A stretch of 58,812 nt of DNA from Pseudomonadota bacterium (GTDB lineage: Bacteria; Pseudomonadota; Gammaproteobacteria; Burkholderiales; JALYOK01), in contig JANOLP010000197.1 of the NCBI GenBank assembly GCA_031419835.1, positions 1 through 58,812 of the forward strand, given 5' to 3'. Both the position numbers and the translations under genes were made by a program. Below are positions 1 through 8,994 of this stretch, piece after piece; position 1 is the first letter of the stretch; every line of letters begins with the position of its first letter. The notes beneath the pieces were generated by a model that was given only the letters and a program-made list of their open reading frames with translations, did not search any database and was not told where the DNA came from.

Positions 1-531
1 ATCGAATGGCGCCACCAAATTGGCTATGTCATTCAGGACGGTGGCCTGTTTCCGCACCTTACGGCGCGCGAAAATGTGGTGTTGCTCGCGCGTCATTTAA
101 AGCGCGATCCCGTTCTAGTGACGCAAACCCTGGCCGAATTGACGGATCTGGTACATCTGTCCGACGCCCTGCTCGATCGCTATCCGCAGCAGTTGTCCGG
201 CGGCGAGCGGCAGCGAGTCGCCTTGTTGCGCGCGTTAATGCTCGGCCCACAAGTGTTGTTTTTGGACGAACCGCTCGGTGCGCTCGATCCCATGACGCGT
301 CACGCGTTGCAAGGCGAGCTCAAAACGATATTTGCGCAACTGAAAAAAACCGTTGTAATGGTGACTCACGACATGAATGAAGCTGCGTATTTCGCCGATC
401 AGATCGTCCTGATGCGCGATGGCAGGGTGTTACAAAGTGGCGCGCCGGAAGAATTGCAAACGCGACCGGCGGATCCGTTCGTTACCGAATTTATCCGCGT
501 ACAACGGGGCTGGCCCTCGAGACTGCAATAA
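1..531 (+). CDS. ABC transporter ATP-binding protein, osmoprotectant (OpuC/ProV-like) type; 5' end lies outside the window
   Basis: Frame 1 is open from base 1 (IEWRHQIGYVIQDGGLFPH...). Canonical Q-loop, LSGGERQRV signature, LFLDEP Walker B and VTHD H-loop. Stop TAA 529-531 overlaps the next ATG (TAATG). Confidence 0.9.
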   Translation: MEWRHQIGYVIQDGGLFPHLTARENVVLLARHLKRDPVLVTQTLAELTDLVHLSDALLDRYPQQLSGGERQRVALLRALMLGPQVLFLDEPLGALDPMTRHALQGELKTIFAQLKKTVVMVTHDMNEAAYFADQIVLMRDGRVLQSGAPEELQTRPADPFVTEFIRVQRGWPSRLQ

Positions 532-2057
532 TGAAAACAATTCGCATCGTTACTGTGTTGTTATTAATTGCTGCCGCCATGCCGGGCCACGCGGCGCGAG
601 ATGAACTAAAAATCGGCTCCAAGCGCTTTACCGAATCGTACATTCTCGGGGAAATTGTGGCGCAGGCCGCGGCGGAGACGGGCGAAGCGGTCGCGAGCCA
701 TCGCCAAGGGCTCGGTAATACCGGTATCGTGTTCGCGGCGTTAAAGAGCGGCGCAATCGATATTTATCCCGACTACACCGGAACGATCGCGAAGGAACTG
801 CTGAAGCTCGACGATGCATTCGATTTGATGCGGCTCAACGCGATTCTCGCTGCGGACGGTCTGGGTGTCGCCGTTCCGTTCGGCTTCAACAATACCTATG
901 CGTTGGCGATGCTGGAAACCCAGGCCGAGGCGCTGGGCATCAAAAAGTTGTCCGATCTAGCGGCCCATTCAGAACTGAAATTCGGGCTATCGCAAGAATT
1001 TCTAGGACGCACCGATGGCTGGCTCGGTTTGATTGGAACCTATGGCCTCAATAAGCGGATACGCGTGACCGGGCTCGATCACGGCTTAGCCTACGAGGCA
1101 TTGGCCGCGCAGCAAATCGACGTCATCGATATCTATTCGACCGACGCAAAAATTCAAAAATTCAAGCTGCGTGTGTTGGCCGACGACAAACATTATTTTC
1201 CGCCATACGAAGCAGTGCTGATTTATCGACTTGATGTGCCGAATCGTTTTCCGAAAGTGTGGCAGCGTTTGCAGCGGTTGCGCGGCATGATCGACAACGC
1301 CTCGATGGTGCGACTGAACGCGCAAGCCGAATTGGACGGTAAAGATTTCGCGATGGTAGCGCGAAATTTCCTCGAAAAAGAAACCAGTGCGGTAAGCAAA
1401 AAGATACCGCCGCAAACCTTTTGGAGCCGGTTATTTGCGCCGGATTTTTGGCCGTTAACCTTGCAGCATTTAAAGTTGGTCTTCGTCTCGTTATTGGCGA
1501 GCGTGCTGGTTGGTGTGCCGTTGGGAATTGCTGCGAGCTGCCATCCTCGTTTCGCCAAAATAATTTTGGCGCTGACCGGCATATTGCAGACCATTCCGTC
1601 GCTCGCACTGCTGGCATTTTTGATTCCGGTATTTCACCAAATCGGTACCGTGCCGGCGCTGGTCGCGTTATTTCTTTATGCACTCTTGCCGATTGTGCGC
1701 AATACCTTTACCGGATTGACACAGATCGCGCCGAGTTTGCGCGAGTCGGCAGAAGTTTTGGGGCTGCCCGCCTCAGCGCGACTTAAGCGGGTCGAATTGC
1801 CGTTGGCGATGGGTACGATACTCGCGGGGATTAAAACATCTGCGGTGATCAACGTTGGTACCGCTACGATCGCTGCATTTATCGGAGCGGGCGGTTATGG
1901 CGAACGTATCGCGGCCGGGCTAGCGCTGAATGACAATATGTTGCTTCTGGCAGGCGCGATTCCCGCCGCAGTGCTCGCGTTATTAGTGCAATGGGGATTT
2001 GATTGGCTTGATCGTCAATTGATTTCGCCGGGCTTGCGTTTACCGCGACGCGCGTAA
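531..2057 (+). CDS. Fused periplasmic substrate-binding domain + permease of an osmoprotectant/quaternary-amine ABC importer
   Basis: N-terminal signal peptide (LLLIAAAMPGHA). OpuBC/OpuCC-like segments DIYPDYTGT, NNTYAL and IDIYSTD. C-terminal multi-TM permease domain. Translationally coupled to the upstream ATPase. Confidence 0.85.
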   Translation: MKTIRIVTVLLLIAAAMPGHAARDELKIGSKRFTESYILGEIVAQAAAETGEAVASHRQGLGNTGIVFAALKSGAIDIYPDYTGTIAKELLKLDDAFDLMRLNAILAADGLGVAVPFGFNNTYALAMLETQAEALGIKKLSDLAAHSELKFGLSQEFLGRTDGWLGLIGTYGLNKRIRVTGLDHGLAYEALAAQQIDVIDIYSTDAKIQKFKLRVLADDKHYFPPYEAVLIYRLDVPNRFPKVWQRLQRLRGMIDNASMVRLNAQAELDGKDFAMVARNFLEKETSAVSKKIPPQTFWSRLFAPDFWPLTLQHLKLVFVSLLASVLVGVPLGIAASCHPRFAKIILALTGILQTIPSLALLAFLIPVFHQIGTVPALVALFLYALLPIVRNTFTGLTQIAPSLRESAEVLGLPASARLKRVELPLAMGTILAGIKTSAVINVGTATIAAFIGAGGYGERIAAGLALNDNMLLLAGAIPAAVLALLVQWGFDWLDRQLISPGLRLPRRA

Positions 2058-2349
2058 AAAAACATCGTCCGAAAGGCAATATTGGTGCGCGTCTCCGAGC
2101 ATCTACAGCGTCGATATTGTTACGTGCTTAGCGCGCTCAATGTTGAAGTGTTACTTTAAGAGCGTAGGTTTTGGCGCGCGTTTTCGACTGATTGGCCGCA
2201 TGAATTCGTTGGCTAGGTTTTAAAAAAACAAATTACCGTCTATGCTTCAGGTAAGGCGAGAAAATTGCCGCGTTTAAAACGGCGCATAAGAACAACAACA
2301 GCAGGCAAGCGTGACCGCAATAATATTGTTGCCGCGCTGCCTAAAAAAC

Positions 2350-3084
2350 ATGATTTTAAGATTAGAAGAAGTCACTAAGTCCTTGGCTGGAAAAATCATT
2401 GTCGGCCCAATTACGCTAGATTTTGCGACCGCGACCACGACCGTTCTGCTCGGACCGGAGGGCTCGGGCAAATCTGCTGTATTACGTTTATTCGCCGGAT
2501 TGGATCGCGCCGACAACGGTAGCGTTTTCGTCGACGATATCGAGCTAAACCAAAGTTCGATCGAAGGCATCCGCCGAAAAGTTGGTTATATGGTTGCGGG
2601 TGGCGCATTGTTTCCGCACATGTCAGTGGGAGAAAATGTGACATTGCGCTTGCGTCGGGCCCATATCAGTCAACCGATGATTGACCGTCGTCTCGCAGAG
2701 TTGACGGAAATTTTTCGCATCTCACCGCAAGGCCTTAAATACTATCCCCATCAACTTTCACCTTGGCAAACAATTCGTGTCGCGATGGTTCGTGCGCTTA
2801 TGCCAGATCCGCAGGTTTTGCTATTTGACGATGTGCTGAGCGATTTCGATCGCATGTCCCGCGCCGTGGCGTTAACAGAATTGAGCAGTACTTTGCGACG
2901 CTTAAATAAGACCGTGGTGTGGGTCACTCACGATCTCGATGAAGCCCTGAATCTCGCAGACCACGCTGTGTTATTGATTGACGGTCAAGTAGCGCAGCGG
3001 GGACACTTAATGGACCTGATTGATAATCCCGCCGACAATGAAGTGAGCGATTTCATGCGCGCCCAACGGCTGTGGTTACACTAA
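2350..3084 (+). CDS. ABC ATPase paralogue with degenerate catalytic motifs
   Basis: Walker A GPEGSGKS is intact. The Q-loop reads MVAGGALFPH (Q lost), the signature is LSPWQ (2755-2769) and Walker B is LLFDDV (2815-2835). The ORF opens at GTG 2311; ATG 2350 gives the typical MILRLEEV N-terminus. Confidence 0.8.
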   Translation: MILRLEEVTKSLAGKIIVGPITLDFATATTTVLLGPEGSGKSAVLRLFAGLDRADNGSVFVDDIELNQSSIEGIRRKVGYMVAGGALFPHMSVGENVTLRLRRAHISQPMIDRRLAELTEIFRISPQGLKYYPHQLSPWQTIRVAMVRALMPDPQVLLFDDVLSDFDRMSRAVALTELSSTLRRLNKTVVWVTHDLDEALNLADHAVLLIDGQVAQRGHLMDLIDNPADNEVSDFMRAQRLWLH

Positions 3085-4679
3085 TCGTGCGCGCATTTCG
3101 CGTCACCGCTATCGCTGGGCTCATTCTCGTTTGTTCGCTAGGACGAGCGGACGAAATGCTGCGCGTTGGCGCAGACATGAACGCTGAATCCAACGTCCTA
3201 GCGGAATTAATCATCCAGACGGCGGCGCAGGGTGGCGATTCAAAACCCGTGCGCGATTCCAATACCGGGGACCTTATCGAAAATACGGTCGCGCTAATTA
3301 AAGGTTCCATTGATGTGTACCCGGTCGCAATGGATGTTTTGTCGCGTGAGATCTTACTGATTACCCCGCCGTTAGATCTCGATCGCGCTAACAAGGAATT
3401 GGCATTGCGTGGTCTTGCGGTATCGATACCACTGGGCTTTCAACGCAAGTATGCATTAGCGGTCCCGGAATCAGTTGCGCGTCATTCAAAACTCAAAACC
3501 ATTAGCGATCTGATTGAAAATCCCCAGCTTCGTTACGGATTTTCCGCGATATTTATGAATGATCGCGGTGGCTTCACTGCGCTACGCAAGCAGGGCACGT
3601 TCCTGGCGCCGATGGCTGTTAAAGAAGTGAATGTCGACGCAAGAGACAAAGTACTCACCGCGCGGCAGTTCGACGTGATCGACGTGTTGCAGACCGATGC
3701 CATTATTACCAAGCAACGCTTGCGTGTGTTAGAAGACGATCAAAATTATTTTGGCGGCCATGATGTCGTGTTATTGCACCGTCTTGACGTGCCCAAGCGA
3801 TTCCCAAAATCATGGCAACGCCTAAAGGGTTTAGAAAATTCGATTACGGAACGAACGCTGCGCGATTTCAATTGGCGCGTTGAGTTTGGTGCGATGAAGG
3901 TGTCAGACGTCATCACTGAATGGTTAGGCTCGCGCCGCGGCAGTGTCGGTGCGGCACCGGCCGTCGCTAGCGAGGCACGCAAGAGCGCGGCGATTGAATC
4001 TGCCGTGCAACCGGATAGCAGTGAGCCAATCGCGGATCTGGATCAGCCCGCCTGGCGCGATTTCTTTGCGACAACTATGCGCCACTTGCGCCTAGTTTTT
4101 GCTGGCCTTGCGTTTAGCGTGATCATTGGCATTCCACTTGGGATTTGGGCGGCCGGGCACGCGGGGATCGGACGATACATTCTCGGCGGAATGAAGCTAA
4201 TTGGGCTCACGCCATTTCTCGCACTACTGGTATTTTGCGCGGTAGTCGCACAACGATTGGGACCATTTCCGGCGATTCTGGCAATGTTCATATACGGCCT
4301 TTGGCCGATCGTATCTCACACGTATGTGGGGCTGCGCACCATCCCCGAGAACTTAATCGATGCAGCGACGCTGCAGAGTTTGTCTGGACGGGCCAGATTG
4401 AGCGTGCTTGATTTGCCGTTGGCAACGGCAGTGATCGGCAAAGGTATTCAACGCTGCGCCGTCGTCAATGTGGGAACGGCAATGGTCGCCGCTCTGGTTG
4501 GCTCAGGTGGCTACGGCGCACCGATCCTCGACGGTCTGCTTCAACAAGACGTCCTGCGCATGTTGTCGGGCGCCATTCCTGCAGTTTTGCTAGCGCTGGT
4601 GATGTATTGGCTATTCGGCTGGATTGCGCGTGTAATTACGCCGGTCGGCGCGGACTACATTGATCCACGCGTTAACTAG
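3072..4679 (+). CDS. Second fused substrate-binding domain + permease, a divergent paralogue of 531-2057
   Basis: Same architecture and collinear similarity to 531-2057 (RLDVPKRFPKSWQRL vs RLDVPNRFPKVWQRL). Signal-peptide-like N-terminus. Start is GTG 3072 or GTG 3087. An extra Ala/Ser-rich linker sits before the permease domain. Confidence 0.8.
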   Translation: MVTLIVRAFRVTAIAGLILVCSLGRADEMLRVGADMNAESNVLAELIIQTAAQGGDSKPVRDSNTGDLIENTVALIKGSIDVYPVAMDVLSREILLITPPLDLDRANKELALRGLAVSIPLGFQRKYALAVPESVARHSKLKTISDLIENPQLRYGFSAIFMNDRGGFTALRKQGTFLAPMAVKEVNVDARDKVLTARQFDVIDVLQTDAIITKQRLRVLEDDQNYFGGHDVVLLHRLDVPKRFPKSWQRLKGLENSITERTLRDFNWRVEFGAMKVSDVITEWLGSRRGSVGAAPAVASEARKSAAIESAVQPDSSEPIADLDQPAWRDFFATTMRHLRLVFAGLAFSVIIGIPLGIWAAGHAGIGRYILGGMKLIGLTPFLALLVFCAVVAQRLGPFPAILAMFIYGLWPIVSHTYVGLRTIPENLIDAATLQSLSGRARLSVLDLPLATAVIGKGIQRCAVVNVGTAMVAALVGSGGYGAPILDGLLQQDVLRMLSGAIPAVLLALVMYWLFGWIARVITPVGADYIDPRVN

Positions 4680-5412
4680 TCGTAGACCAGCCCGGTTCTT
4701 CGCGATCCAAGATGCGCTTGAGCGCCTCGAAGTGCAAGATCGATTGTTGCCGCTCGCCGCCGATTTGATCCGCCACGCCTTGACATAAATTTTCCGGAAT
4801 CATTTTTAATTTCTGACCGGTGCTTTGCGCCAGCACTTGCACCATACAACTGCGTTCGAGGTAATACAAATCGTCAAATGCATAGGCTACGGATTCGCCG
4901 CAAACGACAATTCCGTGGTGTTCGAGGAATAGCACGTCAGCGCTGCCGAGGGCTTTGCACATCCGATCGCCTTCTTCCTTGGCCAGCGCAACGCCGCCAT
5001 AGCCGCCATGGTCATAGGCTACCCGTCCATAAAAGCGCAACGCATTTTGATTCGCCCAGAGCAATTCGCCATTGTCCAGCAACGTTAGCGCGGTCGTGTA
5101 GGGCATATGCGTGTGCATCACGCAGGCCTTGTGATTGCCTCGATGGATACCGCCGTGAATAAAAAATGCAGTGGGTTCCACTTGATTTTTGCTGGCGACG
5201 ATCTCGCCTTTGCCATCGAGAATGACCAAATCATTCGGCGTGATTTCCGACCAATGAAAACCTTGCGGGTTGATCAAAAAATGATCCGGATGACCGGGTA
5301 ACGTCAAGCTGAAATGATTGCATACGCCTTCGTTAAGGCCAAGCCGAGCAGCCCAACGTAGCGCGGCGGTGAGATCGATACGAGCTTGAATAATGGCGGC
5401 GTCGTTAAACAT
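4672..5412 (-). CDS. Class II aldolase/adducin-domain protein
   Basis: 246-aa ORF with the class II aldolase-type His cluster (FFIHGGIH...VMHTHMPY). Converges on the previous gene with an 8-nt overlap. Confidence 0.8.
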   Translation of the reverse strand: MFNDAAIIQARIDLTAALRWAARLGLNEGVCNHFSLTLPGHPDHFLINPQGFHWSEITPNDLVILDGKGEIVASKNQVEPTAFFIHGGIHRGNHKACVMHTHMPYTTALTLLDNGELLWANQNALRFYGRVAYDHGGYGGVALAKEEGDRMCKALGSADVLFLEHHGIVVCGESVAYAFDDLYYLERSCMVQVLAQSTGQKLKMIPENLCQGVADQIGGERQQSILHFEALKRILDREEPGWSTTS

Positions 5413-5571
5413 ACATGACCTGCGAGGCGAACCGGAGAGCGAGAATTATGAGTAATTCATAGCGATACGGCAAGTATTTTTACGTCAAGGGTATGCTTCG
5501 AGCGGCGCGTGGTTATTGAATTGCAGGGCAGGCACCGCTGAGAGATAAGCGTGGTGAGCGTTCTGGCGAGG

Positions 5572-7143
5572 TTATTCTGAAGTTGCCGGCTCGAACGCTT
5601 TGTCGATCAAATCAGCGTCGTCAAAGTGCCGCATGCCGACGAACGCGGTTGCGTGGTGCCCCCATTGTCTCATTGCTCCTGCACTGGCAATCCCCATCGG
5701 CCAAAACAACACACGTTCGCCGCGTTCGCTGCCTTTCACTAAGCCGTCAGAACGAAACAGGCTTTGCCGCGTGCCGTCATTTTTTGCCAGCGACCGCAGC
5801 TGATCGTAGTCTGCGAATTCATATTGTGCTGATGCTGCAGGCAGATCGTTGGTCACGCGCACCACGTAATGGGTTGCGCTTTCGATCCAAAGGGTTGGCC
5901 GCTCGCCTGCCCCTAAGTGCGGCGCGGTTTGTGGCACATAGGCGTGTTCCTGTAGCGACGGGTGAGGTGGGCGAGCTTTGAGGTGTGCCGTTGGGAAAAA
6001 CAAGTGATAACAGCCGCACGGATGAATCGTGTCGTAAAGCAGCGGTTCACCATTTGGCGCAAGCGTCACGCGCCACATCACGCCGTCGAGCGCGCCGCCC
6101 AGCATGTCGAATGTGCCTTTTTTCGGACGCTCGCTAAACCATATTGTGTAGTTCAATTGCAGCAAGGTTTGCCCAGCAAACTTGACGTGGGAAGCGAGCG
6201 TATAAATTTTTGCAGATTCGGCATCGATGCGGCTGCGGCCGTCGTCCCCCAACGTTACCGCGCCGGGTCGATCGAATTCTCCTTTACTATCGACCGCGAA
6301 GTTCGGTGCGAACCGGGCAAACAATTGTGCAAGCTGCTCGTCTGTCGGCAAAGGAATACGTAATGGATTTTTGCTCGCATCGCCTAGGATTTTTGCAACG
6401 TCAATGGCAGATGTCGGCGGTGCCGCGTAAACCGTGACATTTGCCTTGTCGATCACGTCGCTCAAATTCTTCGCGTACGACTGCGTCATCTCCGCTTGAA
6501 ATTTACGAATGCCTCGCGCAAACGGAATCGCCGTGATCGGATAAAGACCGAACAGGCGCCGCATCAAGCTATAGCGAGCTGGCACGTGAATGTTTTTTTT
6601 GATCGCGCCGGTATGGGCCAAATCGACGGCGAGCAAAATTTTCGAACAATTCTGTAAGGCGGCGGCAAGAGTCGGCTGATCCGGTGCGACTTCACTGGCG
6701 ATTCGATCGACGGGTGGGCGCTGAACGGCTGACAAATTACTCAGCTCAATCTCACGCGCATGCCGATCGAGCGCGATCATTTGCGTCAGCAGAAATTCAA
6801 ATTGTTCCTGAGTGTCCGCTTCGCTCACTAGGCTGGCGAGAAATCGATTGGTGCGTAGGTAGGGGAATCCTTTAATCATGGTTTCCTGCGCGTCGCGCAC
6901 ACCAGCCTGCGCAATGCTTCTATCCACTTCCGCGTAAAGTTGGCGGCAGGCGGATTCGCTGGCGGCGTTCGCGAACCAGGGGCTCAGGAAAAATGCGGCG
7001 ACGAGTGTAAACCAAAGTTTCGAACTGCCAATTGTCTTATCGGGGGAAAGGCGTCGTTTAGTCGGGTAAAATGTCTTGACAGAAATCAATTCGCAGGCCA
7101 GATTGAAAATTATTGACTCCGCCAGTTTAGACGTTGCTTCCAT
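5572..7143 (-). CDS. Conserved-looking hypothetical protein, probably exported
   Basis: Long uninterrupted ORF with a hydrophobic segment WFTLVAAFFLSPWFANA followed by AxA. The start is uncertain. ATG 7143 is chosen because the ORF-track start 7215 would overlap nudL. Confidence 0.6.
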   Translation of the reverse strand: MEATSKLAESIIFNLACELISVKTFYPTKRRLSPDKTIGSSKLWFTLVAAFFLSPWFANAASESACRQLYAEVDRSIAQAGVRDAQETMIKGFPYLRTNRFLASLVSEADTQEQFEFLLTQMIALDRHAREIELSNLSAVQRPPVDRIASEVAPDQPTLAAALQNCSKILLAVDLAHTGAIKKNIHVPARYSLMRRLFGLYPITAIPFARGIRKFQAEMTQSYAKNLSDVIDKANVTVYAAPPTSAIDVAKILGDASKNPLRIPLPTDEQLAQLFARFAPNFAVDSKGEFDRPGAVTLGDDGRSRIDAESAKIYTLASHVKFAGQTLLQLNYTIWFSERPKKGTFDMLGGALDGVMWRVTLAPNGEPLLYDTIHPCGCYHLFFPTAHLKARPPHPSLQEHAYVPQTAPHLGAGERPTLWIESATHYVVRVTNDLPAASAQYEFADYDQLRSLAKNDGTRQSLFRSDGLVKGSERGERVLFWPMGIASAGAMRQWGHHATAFVGMRHFDDADLIDKAFEPATSE

Positions 7144-7213
7144 TGACCGCCATAGTCTTGCATCGCGGTTACGTGTCAGAAAAACCCTACCGATTGAGGA
7201 CGGGCGCCTGAGC

Positions 7214-7732
7214 ATGACAGCCGAAGAAATAGCAGCGACGACGCCTGCGGCGGTGTTGGTGCCATTGGTTAATCGCCCCGAGGGGCTGACGGTGTTGTTA
7301 ACACGTCGTACCGATCATCTTAACGATCACGCCGGGCAAATTAGTTTTCCCGGCGGTAAGGTAGATGCTGTCGATGCGAGTGCCGAGGATACGGCCTTGC
7401 GAGAAACCGAAGAGGAAATCGGCCTCCATCGGCGCTGTGTACAATTGCTGGGACGCTTACCGGATTATTTTATCCCGACCGGATTTCGCGTCACGCCTAT
7501 TGTCGGTTGGGTCGAGCCGCCGTTCGAATTGGTTCTTGATTCGTTCGAAGTGGCTGCGGCATTTGAGGTACCGTTGTCGCACGTTATCGATCCCGCTCAT
7601 CGCCAAATGCAAAGCGCCATGCGCGCCGGGCGCTTGCGGCACTTTTACGCCATGCCCTATGACGGTTACAATATTTGGGGTGCAACGGCGGGTATGTTAG
7701 TAGTACTTTCGCGGATACTGAACGACGAATGA
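7214..7732 (+). CDS. nudL: NUDIX hydrolase, CoA pyrophosphatase type
   Basis: Nudix box GGKVDAVDASAEDTALRETEEEIGL preceded by LLTRRTDHLNDHAGQISFPGG, typical of CoA pyrophosphatases. ATG 7214 preferred over 7076. Confidence 0.8.
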   Translation: MTAEEIAATTPAAVLVPLVNRPEGLTVLLTRRTDHLNDHAGQISFPGGKVDAVDASAEDTALRETEEEIGLHRRCVQLLGRLPDYFIPTGFRVTPIVGWVEPPFELVLDSFEVAAAFEVPLSHVIDPAHRQMQSAMRAGRLRHFYAMPYDGYNIWGATAGMLVVLSRILNDE

Positions 7733-8400
7733 AAAATATTTTCGCCTTAGTTTTAGTGTTGTTTTTCTTGGCCGGTTGTTCAATGTTTGAGCCGCGGCCG
7801 CGGCCGCAGCCGGGTCCGCCGCCCGTGAAACCGCCAACGGCCTATGTGAAGCCGGAAATCGAAGTTGTTTCCGATTTGGAACGGGACGTTTGGCGGCCGA
7901 AGAACGCCGTCTGGAAAAAGTTCATGCTGGCCGTAAGTCGCACGAATTTTTATATCGACCAAGTCGATGAGGCGAAGGGTGAGTTACAAGTGCACTACAG
8001 CGGCGATCCGCAAAGTTATGTCGATTGTGGTCGTGTCGTGAGTTCGGTGAAATTGCCTGAAGGTGACAAGAATTACGATTTTTCCGCAGCGAGTGCCTAT
8101 CAACAATATCAAGTCTTGCGCAAGGGCAAGGTCTATCAAGTGGAACGGCGCATGGGTTTGACGGCGGCGGTACGTATGATTTTTAACGAAGCCGAGTCAG
8201 AAAAAACCCGCATCAGCGCGGCATCAAGCTATACGCTGACGCGCGATCAATCGGTCGTCGGCGGCTCGAATTCAAAGCCCTTGTTGCTGAACGACACGAT
8301 TAGTTTCAATACTGGCCAGACCGGAACGTTTCCCAACGCGCAAACAAAATGCCAGCCGACCGGTAAGCTGGAATCGGACTTGCTGGGGTTGTTGAAGTAG
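7729..8400 (+). CDS. Lipoprotein of unknown function
   Basis: MKNIFALVLVLFFLAGC lipobox followed by a Pro-rich linker. The ATG overlaps the nudL stop (ATGA). Confidence 0.7.
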   Translation: MKNIFALVLVLFFLAGCSMFEPRPRPQPGPPPVKPPTAYVKPEIEVVSDLERDVWRPKNAVWKKFMLAVSRTNFYIDQVDEAKGELQVHYSGDPQSYVDCGRVVSSVKLPEGDKNYDFSAASAYQQYQVLRKGKVYQVERRMGLTAAVRMIFNEAESEKTRISAASSYTLTRDQSVVGGSNSKPLLLNDTISFNTGQTGTFPNAQTKCQPTGKLESDLLGLLK

Positions 8401-8401
8401 C

Positions 8402-8983
8402 GTGATCGCCGCGCCCGAAACTGTTTACGATTTCTGGTTTGGTGGGCAGAACAGGGACGAATTTGGCCAGTCGCGCAAACAATGGTTCGTTAAAGATCCA
8501 AATTTCGATGGAGAAATTCGCCAACGTTTTCTCGAAACTTACGAGGCCGCGGCGCGGGGTGATCTGCGAGTGTGGCGCGATGATGCAAAGCATTGCTTGA
8601 GCCTAATCGTCGCGCTCGACCAATTTCCGCGCAATATGTTTCGTGATACCCCACGGGCATTTGCTACCGATCCAATGGCGCTTGACCTGGTGCGTTTTGC
8701 AGTCGATCGCGGTCACGATCAAACGGTTAATTCGGTCGAGCGGGTGTTCTTTTATTTGCCATTTGAGCATAGCGAAACGTTGGCTGATCAAGTGCGTTGC
8801 GTCGCTCTGGTGCAAGCCTTGGTGAATGCGGATCCGCGCCGCGCGGATTTGCTAGACTACGCCAAGCGGCATCAAGACGTCATCGCGCGATTTGGGCGAT
8901 TTCCCCATCGCAATAAAATTCTTGGCCGCGCAAGCACGCCGGCCGAATTGGAATTTCTGCGTCAACCCGGATCATCGTTTTGA
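8402..8983 (+). CDS. DUF924 family protein
   Basis: 193-aa ORF with a GTG start. WFGGQ...FDGEIRQRF...LDQFPRNMFR pattern as I recall it for DUF924. Confidence 0.7.
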   Translation: MIAAPETVYDFWFGGQNRDEFGQSRKQWFVKDPNFDGEIRQRFLETYEAAARGDLRVWRDDAKHCLSLIVALDQFPRNMFRDTPRAFATDPMALDLVRFAVDRGHDQTVNSVERVFFYLPFEHSETLADQVRCVALVQALVNADPRRADLLDYAKRHQDVIARFGRFPHRNKILGRASTPAELEFLRQPGSSF

Positions 8984-8994
8984 GGGTGAGCTAA

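Noticed and set aside
5572-7215. N-terminal extensions in the ORF track. Examples: 5572-7215, 7076-7732, 7675-8400, 17377-18612, 20640, 23002, 27528-28838, 34364, 37256, 41036, 50596, 50683, 52114, 53625 and 55240 (-).
   Set aside because: The extended starts overlap neighbouring genes or repeat elements. Internal ATG/GTG codons give family-typical N-termini, lipobox or signal peptides, or ATGA coupling.
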